Positions 14,111 to 27,043 of a stretch of DNA of 64,000 bases are shown here, in pieces (positions within the stretch are counted from its first letter, which is position 1; each line of letters opens with the position of its first letter). Both the position numbers and the translations under genes were made by a program. This DNA is from Octopus sinensis. Its lineage: Eukaryota. The DNA lies in NCBI RefSeq assembly GCF_006345805.1, contig NC_043019.1, positions 13,887,360 through 13,951,359 on the forward strand, given 5' to 3'. Under the pieces are notes generated by a model that worked only from the letters and a program-made list of their open reading frames with translations, had not been told where the DNA came from and did no database searches.

Positions 14111-15058
14111 ATATATATATAATAAATACGACTTCGGTTACAAATAAGATATATTTGTTCCCAAAGTGTTCCAGACAATATTCGCATTGATTATGACTAA
14201 TTGCGAACTATTTGTGGCTGCAACGCAATTCCGCAGAGTGAAAGAGTAACCGTAAAAAACATGAAAGTCTTGATATGCGATAGAAAGCAAATATGCACGC
14301 TACTACCACGTAGCAAGTCCTCCATTACAGAACGTTTCGTTTCAAGAAAGGCTTCTCTCATCAGGCGGTGTAAACTGACGATTGCTCTGTTCAAGGCAGA
14401 GGCCTGGTGTGCTGAATAGTAAATGCAACAGTAACGCAAACACTTTTACATCAGGTTTCGCAAGTTCCTAGGCGCATACATAACATAGTTATTAGACATG
14501 TATGTGTCTTATAACAAGGTACATCGCAATAGTTTGAGGGAGATTTGAAGTGCTGTTTTATACCAGCCTAAGTGGTTGGGAAGAGTGTAAGATACGTTAA
14601 GCTAAAGAGGTACGTGAACGAAGTATGGCCGTAGCTAAGGGTTAACACACGAAAAAGATGTCAGTACCAGAGACTTACATAATAAAACTATGCCAGGTCT
14701 TAGAGGGTTCCGAATTGGAACCATGCCAGAGCTTGAAGATAAATTTGGAACTAAGATTCCTTTCTAACAAACGCAGGGATGCATGATTATAAAATTTTTT
14801 TTTTCTCTCTCCATATTATCATTGCTAATAAAGATAAAACTTACACATGGAAAAGATTCAGCCATTCGTCATTTAACATATTAAAAGGTGACTTACAAAC
14901 ACATTTCCTCTCAACTGTTTTTATCTCTTCCTTTCATATTGTATCATATATTTCACATATACTTTCGTTTTTCGTTTTTTCTTTTTTCATTTTGCAAGTT
15001 TCAACGTGTGCTTGAATGCGTGTGTGTTTTATATTGCATATATGTATGCATGTATATA

Positions 15059-15115
<57 letters not shown>

Positions 15116-15487
15116 TAATGTGTATATATGTATACATATACATATATATACATATGTATATATATATATGTATAATATATATACATATATATACACACAC
15201 ATGCGTATACATATATATTTTACTTATACTTTCTTTTCCCTTTCAGTTTCAGCGTGTACATGAGTGTGTGTGTGTGTGTGTGTGTGTGTTGTGAATGTTT
15301 GCGTGTATGTTTGTATATCTATATATTATTCTATATATTATATATATTTATATATGCATATATGTATATACATATGTATATATATATACACATATGTATA
15401 CATACATATATAATATATGTACATATACATACATATATATAATATACATACATACATACATATATATATGCATACATACACACCACC

Positions 15488-15532
<45 letters not shown>

Positions 15533-16276
15533 TATATATATTATACACACGTACACACACGCATATTTATATGTATATATGCATACACACGTATATATGT
15601 AGATAATGGAGGCAATGTGTTTTACTGAGAACATCTTAATTTATGTGAACACAAGGTATTCCATTTTTTTGGGGTACGGAATGTGCTCAATAATGAATTC
15701 AGAATGAGTTAAAGTGGTAAAAGGTATGAGAATATAGTATTTGAGAATGAAATATAACGTAAACATAAAGGGGCGATCTCATCATACACAACATAGAAAA
15801 CAGATATACATATATAACCTTTAATCCGGGTCACAAGTTTGTTTGGAAATACATCATAGACCGATGAGCAAAAGACTGAAGCTCATTCCGCAATCTTGTG
15901 CTATATAAGTTTTCGTACACACACACACACACACACACACAAAAACATACGCACACACACACATTGTATATGTATATATGTATATCCACTTTTCCATGCT
16001 TGCATTGGTCAGATGAATTCGTTGGAGCAGAATTTCTATTACCGGGTGCCGTTCCTGTCGCGAGCCCTCATCTGTTTCCAAGCAAGTTTATATTCTCCAT
16101 GACAAGATATATTATTTTCCAGGGAAAACCGGATGCAAACAACATCGCTTGTATGATGGTGATGTTCGTTTGCAACTATTACGTGATATCAAAACAAAGG
16201 TACACATAGACATACACATACATAAATACACACATACACATATAAACACACAAATTATATATATATAAGTCTATAC

Positions 16277-16309
<33 letters not shown>

Positions 16310-16883
16310 TGTATGTATGTATGTATGTATGTACTAACCGCCTTTCCCAAGAATGTCAAGCCTTGTACCAATAGCAGATTTAGGCGCATATATGTATATT
16401 TAAACATATATGAAATATTAATATTTCTAAGTCTCTCTAAAGGAGACTACGGCAGCAATACTGGCTAATAATAGTTATCGCCAAGCTAATCTGGCAGTCC
16501 AGAAAATAGGACGAATGCTGCCGTTGATTAGCTCCAAGAGGATATCGCCTCTAGCTAGCTATGTGACACACGAACCTGTGTCCATTACAACATTGGAGCA
16601 GGGTGTTGTCAGTATTGAACAAAAACATATAAAGTTCCACGAGGCTCCGGCAGGGGGTGGTGGAGAACCCTGCTGTACTCTTTCACCACAACTTTCTCTC
16701 ACTCTTTCTTCATGTTTCTGTTTCTGTTGTACCTGTATTTCGAAGGGCTAGTCTTGTCACACACTGTGTCACGCTGAATCTCCCCGAAAACTTCGTTAAG
16801 AGAACACGTGTCTGTGGAGTCCTCAGCCACTTACACGTTAATTTCCCGAGCAGGCTTGGATCAGCTGGAACCCTCATGCCACG

Positions 16884-16953
<70 letters not shown>

Positions 16954-17828
16954 CACAACACACACACACACAAAAACACACACATATATATGAGCATATG
17001 CATAAATTCTATTGGTTAACCGATTATTTTCTCACAACAAATGCCAGCCAATCTGGTGAAATCTTTAGGAATGCGGAAATAAACTAGTTTATCAACGCCC
17101 AGTTGTAACAGAAACAATGCACCAGATGCAAAGGTTGGTATTGAGCACCTCACGTTTTTGTACACGAAAATACAAGGAAACAAATGCCGTACACACACAC
17201 ACACACACACCACACACACACACACACACACGTGATATACAATACATTGTGTGTACTGACACAGATGTTTAATCCAGAGTTTAATCCAGGATCGCGGTTT
17301 CGATTCCCAGACCGGACGTTGTGAGTGTTTATTGAGCGAAAACACCTAAAAAGCTCCACGAGGCTCCGGCAGGGGATGGTGGTGATCCCTGTTGTACTCT
17401 TTCTCCACTCTTTCTCCCACTCTTTCTTCTGTTGGCCTGCTCGCTTAGCCAGCGGGGTGGCGTCATTCGAAGGCTAAAACAATGCGAACGCATTGTGACC
17501 AGCGATGTGTAACTACATCTGATGGACTGGTCGGTCACGTGATCACGTGATATACATATATATATGCATATATATGTATAATATATATACATTATACATA
17601 TATATATGCAAGTATATATATGTATATATGTATAATGTATATATATATACATACATACTTACATATATATATATATATATGGTCGGCCCCAGGCTATAGT
17701 AGAAGACACTTGCCCAAGGTACCACGCAGTGGGAATGAACCCGGAACCATGTGGTTGGTAAGCAACCTACTTACCTATACTCATTGTTAAGGTGGCTACT
17801 CGCAAGTTACAACCAAAGGACACAAGGA

Positions 17829-18030
17829 CAATCATCACTTGAGTAACGAAGGGTGCAAGTGAGCACCAGCATTGCTAGAAATGATAGTCAAAAGAAGCGT
17901 TAGCCACGGGCAAGCACTTGTCTAATGACTGACAAGAGAAGTGTTTGGCCGCGACTAAGAGTTGTTTTTGACTCTTATTTCTAGCAATGCTGGTCCTGAC
18001 TTGCACCTGTTGTTACTGAAGTGACGACTG
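17829..18030. mobile_element. Palindromic (hairpin) MITE
   Basis: caatcatcacttgagtaac...accagcattgctagaaat pairs with atttctagcaatgctggt...gttactgaagtgacgactg; about 70-bp arms. Confidence 0.65.
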
Positions 18031-19210
18031 TAATATATATATATATATATATAGGCGGTATCTCGTAGATGCCCTAAGTTATGATTTTAGTAATAATGAT
18101 TACCTTTGAAGGTTTTTATTTCCATGCTGGCCACCCGATAAGATCGTTATTCAACTTAAATTAACGATCTTATCCTTACATGTATATATATATATGTATG
18201 TATATGTCTGTATTGTGTGTTATCATATGTATATATGTATGTGTGGTACATTGCGTGTGTGTATGTGTGTTGTGTGCTTGGATATGCATACGCACACATA
18301 TATGTATTTATGCGCACACATGTATGCATATATATAAGCATACATGCATGCATACATACATAACACACACACACACACACATAAAAATACATACACACGT
18401 ATATATAAACACACGCACGTATATAAACACACACATATATACACAGACAACTGAATATATACATAGATACATTCACGTGTACATATATTTATACATCTAC
18501 ATACCGGCATACCTACGCACATACAAACACATATACACACACACATACACCTACTTACTTGCCTTTTTTTACAGAGAATTTCTTTCAAGACTTGAAGGGG
18601 AAAGTGTCAGCCGACAGACACAATGCATGAAAGACGATGCTTTAATTAACTTGTATTGTGACAAAGAGAAGGGGAACCGTGTAACGTGTGTGGATCTCTC
18701 GAAATTGGTGTCGTCTGGTCGTTCAGACGAGCGATCCCACAAAGGAACGACTATTCATCCGGTGTTTATATTTCCCTCCTTCTTTCTTAATAGCGTTTTT
18801 ATAATAAGTAAATGAATGAATCAATGAATAAATAGATAGATAAACGGGTGCCGGGTATTAATGAAGGCATTGCGAAAACATGATAGCGGGGAAAATGAAG
18901 GAGAGAGACAGAGACAGAGAGAGAGAGAATTAGGTAGAATTATGAGAGAGGAGGGGGTTTGTGTGACATAGAGAGAGATTCTTATATAAATACTTCCGTC
19001 TAACCTAATTCAATAACAAAAAATAGAAATAGAATAAAATTAAATAAAAAATAAATCAGCCGAAAATAGAAAAGAGGGTGATTATAATGATGATGATGAC
19101 GATGGTGATGATACAAGAAAGTTATTTAATACCCCCACAGTAGTCTCCCTTGAAATATTTTTTACCTTATACGTAAAGCAGACTCGATTGAAAAGCCGAA
19201 TGCGCTATAA

Positions 19211-19988
19211 TTTCTTTACTACCCACAAGGGGCTAAACACAGAGAGGACAAACAAGGACATAGGTATTAAGTCGATTACATCTACCACAGTGCGTAACTG
19301 GTACTTAATTTATTGACCCTGAAAGGATGAAAGGCAAAGTCAACCTCGGCGGAATTTGAACTCAGAACGTAGCGGCAGACGAAATACCTATTTGTTTACT
19401 ACTCACAAGGGGCTATACACAGAGGGGGACAAACAAGGACAGACAAACGGATTAAGTCGATTAAATCGACCCCAGTGCGTAACTGGTACTTAATCTATCG
19501 ACCCCGAAAGAATGAAAGGCAAAGTCGACCTCGGCGGAATTTGAACTCAGAACGTAAAAGTAGACGAAATACCTATTTCTTTACTACCCACAAGGGGCTA
19601 AACACAGAGGGGACAAACAAGGACAGACAAACGGATTAAGTCGATTAAATCGACCCCAGTGCGTAACTGGTACTTAATCTATCGACCCCGAAAAAATGAA
19701 AGGCAAAGTCGACCTCGGCGGAATTTGAACTCAGAACGTAAAAGTAGACGAAATACCTATTTCTTTACTACCCACAAGGGGCTAAACACAGAGGGGACAA
19801 ACAAGGACAGACAAAGGGATTAAGTCTATTACATCGACCCCAGTGCGTAACTGGTACTTAATTTATCGACCCCGAAAGGATGAAAGGCAAAGTTGACCTC
19901 GACGGAATTTGAACTCAGAAGGTAAAGACAGACGAAATACCACTAATCATTTCGCCTGGCGTGCTAACGTTTCTGCCAGTTCGCCGCC
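19211..19988 (-). repeat. Head-to-tail tetramer (~185-bp unit) of a Meta-domain-like tRNA SINE
   Basis: Units start near 19211, 19390, 19575 and 19759. One complete head (ggcgaactggcagaaacgttagcac) lies at the 19988 end. Confidence 0.85.
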
Positions 19989-20254
19989 TTATTATTACCA
20001 TTATGAAAGCAGTGAGCTAGCAGAATCGTTAACACGTCGGTAGACATGTTTGGCAGCATTTCGTCCGTCTTTACGTTCTGAGTTTAAATTGCGCTGACGT
20101 CGAATTTGCCTTTCATCCTTTCGAGGTCTCTAAAATAAGTACCAGTTGAGTACTGGATTCAATGAAATCGACTTGGCCTTGTACCAAAATTTGAAACCAA
20201 TACTAATTAGAAATTGGTATGAATCTCTGTTCCAACCCAATATGCGCACGCATG

Positions 20255-20305
<51 letters not shown>

Positions 20306-21059
20306 GTGTGCGTGCGTGTGTTTGTATACGGGTGCACAGAAAGCGGGCGCATGCGTGCGCGAGAGGGATATAGTATGGAATATATAAACAAATACATTCC
20401 AAGCGGCGATCTATCATTTGTTAGGAAAACCATTATTCCCATAATTCAATGCTTATTTGCATAATTTACCAGCTTAAACACAACACAGCCACCAAATTAT
20501 ACAAACATTATATTGATTGCAGTATCAAGTCAATCGCTAGAAACCTCTCTTCTTATTATCATTTGAAGATTCACGATTTAACAACCATATTTACATCTAT
20601 AACAAGCCTTGTCGTCTGCTGTTCACATATTTTAACATCGATCAAAAAATGTCTGCCTACAACACTTTCTTCTGTATCTAAAACGTTCAGACACGCCACA
20701 CTACACACATACAAAGCGTGGTGTGTCTTCATGGTCCAGTTCCAGTGCATAGTTACGCTCTTTGAGGCATCGACATTTTGTCTTCATATTTTTCCCCATT
20801 AATTTTGTTTTTTTCCGTTAAAATTACGAGGTACCCAAACATCATAGCTATTCACGTATTTGAAGATGCATTTAAATGTCATAAAACACACATTCGAGAT
20901 ATGTGGAGTATCTGAACGATGTCTCATGTTGTGTGACATGGACTATTTTTCGATTAGCATTTTTGATTAGCATCATCAACATCGGTTTTAAAACATAGTA
21001 AACCACTAACGAAGTGGTGTCCTTTAAACTCATACTCCATCTCTATAAATTGCATTTAT

Positions 21060-21387
21060 CGTTTTTGCTGCTTGCACAGCTTTTGTTTCCTCTCGAAAGA
21101 GCTGTTCTTCACTCCTGCTCCAGAGCGTCGGCTGCGGGGTCACTCTGAAAAGCTCTATCTGCAACGATTTCATCTCAATCGAAGGAGAGGGGCTTTCTCC
21201 GTCCGGGTTGCGGATCCGTGGAATAAGCTGCCGGACGAGATAGTGAAGATGCCGACGACCGCTCTTGACCAGAAATGGCTTGAACTCTTTACATGAACAC
21301 CACCCTGTACATAACTCCATGTCCCCCTACATGGCCTTGCTTTTTGCTTTTTGAGCCAAAAAATTAACTTAACTTAACTTAACTTAA
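21060..21387 (+). mobile_element. 3' end of CR1-clade LINE
   Basis: LRGHSEKLYLQRFHLNRRRGAFSVRVADPWNKLP matches the CR1 ORF2 C-terminus (RGH..KL...R..FFS.RV...WN.LP). Short 3'UTR and (AACTT)n tail at 21366-21386. Confidence 0.85.
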
Positions 21388-21598
21388 AGAAAAGAGGCGC
21401 CAAATGACGAAATTCTATTTCCTTTTCCTCCATTTTTCACTCTTAATGTCAAAACAGTAAAAGTAAAGTATCCATACAGTGGATCGTATAGAAAGACGAG
21501 TTGGAATGTCACCTTTCAGGAAACATATCGGTCATAAGCTTCCCTCCGACTGAAAAACAATATACATTACACACGCACGTACGCGCACACACCACACA

Positions 21599-21636
<38 letters not shown>

Positions 21637-22571
21637 CACACACACACACACGTGTGTGTACGTATGTCTCTGTGTCAGTATATATATGCATATATACAAA
21701 TATAAAGAAATAAAACCTTTTTCTTCGCATTTAAAATTTAGCTTGCATTCAAATTTGAAACAGTTAGCAATTGAAATTTCAAAAGATCCATCTGGAAAAT
21801 TATGGGTTAATTCCTAAGCCTAAAAACCGTAATTTAATTTTGTTGTATTTCGGGTGGGTCATTATGCCAATATAAAAGACACGCACTGGTTATATTTCAC
21901 TTCCTTACTTTACTTGGTCAATTCTTAATCATTGAACGAATTAACTAATCGATTTTTTTTTTATCAATATTCCGGTCAATCAATCAAAGCCTGACGGAAA
22001 TCTGCAGTAGAGAAAGGATATAATTGATAGCGTCGCGAATAGCAATTGAAAACCAGACTGATTGATTGATTTATTGACCGAACAATCGATTAGTTAGTTG
22101 GTTAAAGTGTTATGGCTGTGTGGTAAGTAGCTTTGCTTACCAGCCACATGGTTCCAGGTTCAGTCCCACTGCATGGCACTTTGGGCAAGTGTCTTCTACT
22201 ATAGCTTCGAGCCGACGAAAGCCTCATAAGTGGGTTTGGTAGACGGAAACTGACAGCAGAAGAGTATCGTATATATATATATATATTCCCCATATACATT
22301 TACATAAATAATAATAACGAAGTGAAATAGAACCAGTGCGTGTGTTTATTATTGGCACAATGACCCTCCCAAAATGCAGCAAAATCTGTTTTAATACCCG
22401 AGTTGACATCAAGAATCTTGTAAAGGAAATACAAAACAGTAACATAATGGTAATTTTGCATTTATAATTAAATTACATTATACTTATTAGTAGAAGAGTC
22501 AAAAATTTGAAACTAATATTATTTACATTATTTACATTTGACGGATATTTGTCCTCATCTTGTTTGTTGTT

Positions 22572-22617
22572 AACACAACGTTTCGGCTGATATACCCTCC
22601 AGCCTTCATCAGGTGTC
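22572..22617 (-). ncRNA. Minimal type I hammerhead ribozyme (Penelope-type)
   Basis: gacac-CUGAUGA-A-GGCUG(gaggguauau)CAGCC-GAAA-CG-UU-guguu: intact core, 5-bp stem II, stem I GACAC/GUGUU, palindromic ACGU stem III. Confidence 0.75.
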
Positions 22618-22668
22618 TTGGGGAAATTTCAAAACTGGGTTCTCATTCCTATGATATTTTTCGATGTA

Positions 22669-22716
<48 letters not shown>

Positions 22717-22785
22717 GAAGTCACTGTCTAGTTAAGATCGTGGGCTACTAACCCTAAGATTCCGAGTTCGATTCCAGGCAGTGAA

Positions 22786-22853
<68 letters not shown>

Positions 22854-22902
22854 TGATGATGATGATGATGATGATGATGATAATGATGATGATAATAATA
22901 AT

Positions 22903-22955
<53 letters not shown>

Positions 22956-23004
22956 CACTGAAAAATACCTTAGGAATGAGAACCCAGTTTCGAAATTTCC
23001 CCAA

Positions 23005-23050
23005 GACACCTGATGAAGGCTGGAGGGTATATCAGCTGAAACGTTATGTT
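23005..23050 (+). ncRNA. Second, slightly degenerate hammerhead copy in the opposite arm
   Basis: gacac-CUGAUGA-A-GGCUG...CAGCU-GAAACGUU-auguu. Two substitutions relative to the minus-strand copy. Confidence 0.65.
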
Positions 23051-23621
23051 AACAACAAAGATGAGGACAAATATCCGTCGAATATAAATAATGTAAATAA
23101 TTCCTCATCTCTTAAATATAGAACTGTAATATTATTTAATTATAAAAATATAGTAGGGTGTTTTAAAGCATAGAATAGCTACGTGGGTCCATCCGTGAAC
23201 CACTGGAAGGCCAGCTGTAAGGTGGTGCAGTATTTTCCCCCTTTAACTCCTGTGGCTTAGTGGTTAGGGTGTTGGAATCATGATCGTAAGATTGTGGTTT
23301 CGATTCCTGGACAGGACGATGTTTTGTATTCTTGAGCAAAACACTTCATTTCTCCACAGCTGCAAATACGCTTGAAATTCGGAAAAAAAAAAAGTTAAGG
23401 CTGAATAATCACGGTTGGAACGGCTTTCATCCGTAAGGAGTCTGTGAAACCAGAACCTGGCCTTGGGCTAAACAACATCAACAGTAAGAAGAAAAGTTGA
23501 AGGCTGTTGCAAATGCCTCCTCCTCCTCCACCTCCTCCTCCTCCTCCTCCTCCTCCTCCTCCTCCTCATCATCATCATCAATAATAGCAACAGAAAGAAC
23601 AAGTTCTTGGCTTTGACTCAC

Positions 23622-23653
23622 AGACGGACGCAACAGATCAACTTCCACGTAGT
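23622..23653 (-). other. Probable 3'UTR exon of the Cys-rich gene
   Basis: Acceptor ttctctgttatgttag|ACTACG at 23653; optional donor TCT|gtgagt after 23622. Confidence 0.4.
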
Positions 23654-23992
23654 CTAACATAACAGAGAATTTTTAATCTAAGGGAAGTAACTCTATGGAG
23701 AAGTTAATTTTTCTTTTTTTAAATGTCTTTCCACTTTTCACGGATTTCTCTTTACTAAAAAAACATTTAAATTAAAAAAAAAACAAATATTCTTGCAACA
23801 AGCATTTAATGGCAATAAGTAAACAAGAAACGTAATTTATAAAATTATTCCAATATGATTAATAAAAAGAAATAAATCCTAATACTCAACTTCCGTAAAC
23901 AAAAAGATGTATTGGATAAATTTCTTCATTTTATTAAAGTTGTCTCCCTTGCACACAGCACTATTCACTTACCGACGGTATTAGGAACAGCT

Positions 23993-24095
23993 TCATGTAT
24001 TGGTGAAGAGTGAACGGCGTTGGAGAGCATCAAGATGGAAGTTATTAGGTGAGGAAAATTTAGCTTTCTTGGAAGATGCTTTGTTCAAACTTCCT
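23993..24095 (-). CDS. Last coding exon (exon 6) of Cys-rich precursor
   Basis: Acceptor ttctaatgacag|A with CTAAT branch-like motif. Phase 2 gives the longest frame (33 codons): GSLNKASSKKAKFSSPNNFHLDALQRRSLFTNT*. The exon continues 20 nt to a consensus donor TCG|gtaagt at 23973. Confidence 0.55.
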
Positions 24096-24126
24096 CTGTC
24101 ATTAGAATAATTGATGTAACTGAACG

Positions 24127-24136
24127 ACTACTACTG

Positions 24137-24199
<63 letters not shown>

Positions 24200-24205
24200 G
24201 TGTTG

Positions 24206-24237
<32 letters not shown>

Positions 24238-24379
24238 GCTGATGCGTCTGCTCCTCCTCCTCCTCCTCCTACTACTACTACTGCTGCTGCTACTACTACT
24301 ACTACTACTACTACTAGCACTACTACTACTACTACTACTACTACTAGCACTACTACTACTACTACTACTACTGCTACTG

Positions 24380-24420
<41 letters not shown>

Positions 24421-24482
24421 GCTACTGCTACTACTACTGCTACTACTACTACTACAACTCCTACTACTACTACTAATACTAA

Positions 24483-24514
<32 letters not shown>

Positions 24515-24538
24515 GTGGTGTTGCTGCTGCTGCTGCTG

Positions 24539-24573
<35 letters not shown>

Positions 24574-24622
24574 GCTGCTGGTGGTTTGCTGCTACTACTA
24601 CTACTACTACTACTACTACTAG

Positions 24623-24663
<41 letters not shown>

Positions 24664-24664
24664 G

Positions 24665-24699
<35 letters not shown>

Positions 24700-24738
24700 A
24701 TGCTGCTACTGGTGGTGGTGTTGCTGCTGCTGCTGCTG

Positions 24739-24772
<34 letters not shown>

Positions 24773-24893
24773 TGTTGGTGCTGCTGCTGCTATAAGTACT
24801 ACATCTTGCAACACTGACCTCACAGTCACTATCATCATAGCCACCACCACTATCACCACCACCACCACCACAACTACCACCACCACCACCACC
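24127..24893. repeat. ~770-bp compound (CTA/CTG/CCA)n trinucleotide array
   Basis: Direct reading; fills most of the intron between exons 5 and 6 of the Cys-rich gene. Confidence 0.95.
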
Positions 24894-24957
24894 ATGTGGC
24901 TGGGAAGCAAGCTTCTTACCGCACACCCCACGCCTGCGCCTAACCACATAATCTCGC

Positions 24958-25249
24958 CTGTACCCCAGTTGTGAACCACTGGTCCAGAAACACTGGCGTT
25001 GACAGACATACTCATGTCGGCACCATCCGGGACATTTGGTGACCCTGATCGAGGCGCTTACTGACTGGCATTGTTGACAGTTATTGTCAAAGAAGAAACA
25101 CAGGCACGAGTTGCATGACCAGTCGGCGCAGCCCAGGGGCGAAGTACCGGGGCAAAAGTGTGACGGTCGACACAGTCGTGTTTTTCTGCACACTGTGACC
25201 GAAACATCACATGCAAAACCAATCAGGTGAATATTTGTGTTTGTTTGAC
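24958..25249 (-). CDS. Exon 5: 14-cysteine domain of putative secreted protein
   Basis: Acceptor tttgtccacccag|GT; the only fully open minus-strand frame is QTNTNIHLIGFACDVSVTVCRKTRLCRPSHFCPGTSPLGCADWSCNSCLCFFFDNNCQQCQSVSASIRVTKCPGWCRHEYVCQRQCFWTSGSQLGY(R). GC-richer unique island. Donor is AG|gcgaga (GC-AG) or GG|gtacag 6 nt earlier, both phase 2. Confidence 0.7.
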
Positions 25250-25704
25250 CTGGGTGGACAAATGTGTTGATGCTTGAGAGAATGTATTTATGTACGTGGT
25301 GGCAATTAGAAATTAGTTCTGGTCTTTTGTTGAATTCTGGTCTTTTGTCCCTGGTTCGGAGATGATGAAATATATTTCTCATCATTATAGAGGCCAATGA
25401 AATTTGAAAAGATCGGTAGCATATGTGAGGAAAACGTTATAGAAAGGTATATAGATGGATTTTTTTTTTTTTTTTTTTTGTACTTGTTTCAGTCATTTGA
25501 CTGCGGCCATGCTGGAGCACCGCCTTTAGAGTGGTGAAAGAGTACAGCAGGGATCACCACCATCCCCTGCCGGAGCCTCGTGGAGCTTTTTAGGTGTTTT
25601 CGCTCAATAAACACACACAACGCCCGGTCTGGGAATCGAAACCGCGATCCTCCGACCGCAAGTCCGCTGCCCTACCCACTGGGCCATTGCGCCTCCATGG
25701 ACGC

Positions 25705-25754
<50 letters not shown>

Positions 25755-26006
25755 TAGATAGATAGATAGTTGGATTGCTATTGGATAGATAAATAGATGG
25801 ATAGATATACGGAGAGATGTGGGTGTATATATATATATATATACATACATACATACACACACACACATATATATATACAAGGAGAATTCACAGAAAACAT
25901 ATATATGTATATATCATAATAATAATGGGTAAAATTAATTAATCAATCTATAATTAATAATCTTACCAAGTAGTTCGGTGTATTAAAAGAACCTTTATTG
26001 GCAAAC

Positions 26007-26122
26007 ATATACAAAAATTATTATAATTATAAACATAATTATAATTAGGGCTTTAGGTGGTGAAGCAATTTTTCTAAGCTCTAATTATAATTATGTTTAT
26101 AATTATAATAATTTTTGTATAT
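26007..26122. repeat. Near-perfect AT-rich inverted repeat (~46-bp arms)
   Basis: atatacaaaaattattataattataaacataattataattag vs ctaattataattatgtttataattataataatttttgtatat. Confidence 0.85.
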
Positions 26123-26306
26123 ATATATATATAAAATCCTTTGCGTCCTGTTTTTCTTTTGATGCGTATATACTATCACCTACACCACTAACTGGCATAT
26201 ACAGGTGCTTACAGTAATCAAGTACTCACCCTGAATTTTTTGTACCTAACTCACCTACGTTGTTACCTGGACTGGATCCTATATATATATATCGATAGAC
26301 AGATGG

Positions 26307-26342
<36 letters not shown>

Positions 26343-26343
26343 C

Positions 26344-26407
<64 letters not shown>

Positions 26408-26714
26408 AGATAGATAGAAAGATTATATATATATATATATATTATATATACATATTTCAAAATAGAAAATTACCCTTTAACAGGTAATTTTTACATGCTA
26501 GAAATAGCAGCCAACACGGCCAAAAACCACAATTTTATAGCAAATTTCGAAGTAGGAGGAGTGGCTGTGTGGTAAGTAGCTTGCTTACCAACCACATGGT
26601 TCCGGGTTCTGCGTGGCATCTTGGGCAAGTGTCTTCTGCTATAGCCCCGGGCCGACCAATGCCTTGTGAGTGGATTTGGTAGGCGGAAACTGAAAGAAGC
26701 CCGTCGTATATATG

Positions 26715-26747
<33 letters not shown>

Positions 26748-26993
26748 ATGTTTGTGTGTATATGTTTGTCCCACTAGCATTGCTTGACAACCGATACTGG
26801 TGTGTTTACGTCCCCGTCACTTAGCGGTTCGGCAAAAGAGTCCGATAGAATAAGTACTGGGCTTACAAAGAATAAGTCCCGGGGTCGATTTGCTCGACTA
26901 AAAGGCGGTGCTCCAGCATGGCCGCAGTCAAATGACTGAAACAAGTAAAAGAGGAAAAGAGAGTAAAGAGAGATGAAAAATAAAAAAACTTTT

Positions 26994-27043
<50 letters not shown>

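Larger units (their letters stand above)
22514..23138. mobile_element. Fold-back retroelement: tRNA-like head + (AAT)n + hammerhead body, with inverted duplicate
   Basis: ~147-bp inverted arms (22519-22665 / 22955-23100) extended by (ATT)n/(AAT)n. The central loop has a B-box GAGTTCGATTCC. TAATATTATTTA at 22514-22525 and 23127-23138 is a possible TSD. Confidence 0.7.

Noticed and set aside
23478-24080. Alternative frame LITSILMLSNAVHSSPIHEAVPNTV|DYVEVDLLRPS...poly-E across the 23973/23653 junction
   Set aside because: Closed by TGA just after the acceptor, has only a late Met, and the poly-E is a (GAG)n microsatellite; not fully excluded.
24102-25397. 431-aa single-exon ORF
   Set aside because: Starts at TTG and runs through a SINE end and a trinucleotide array; only 25249-24958 behaves like an exon.
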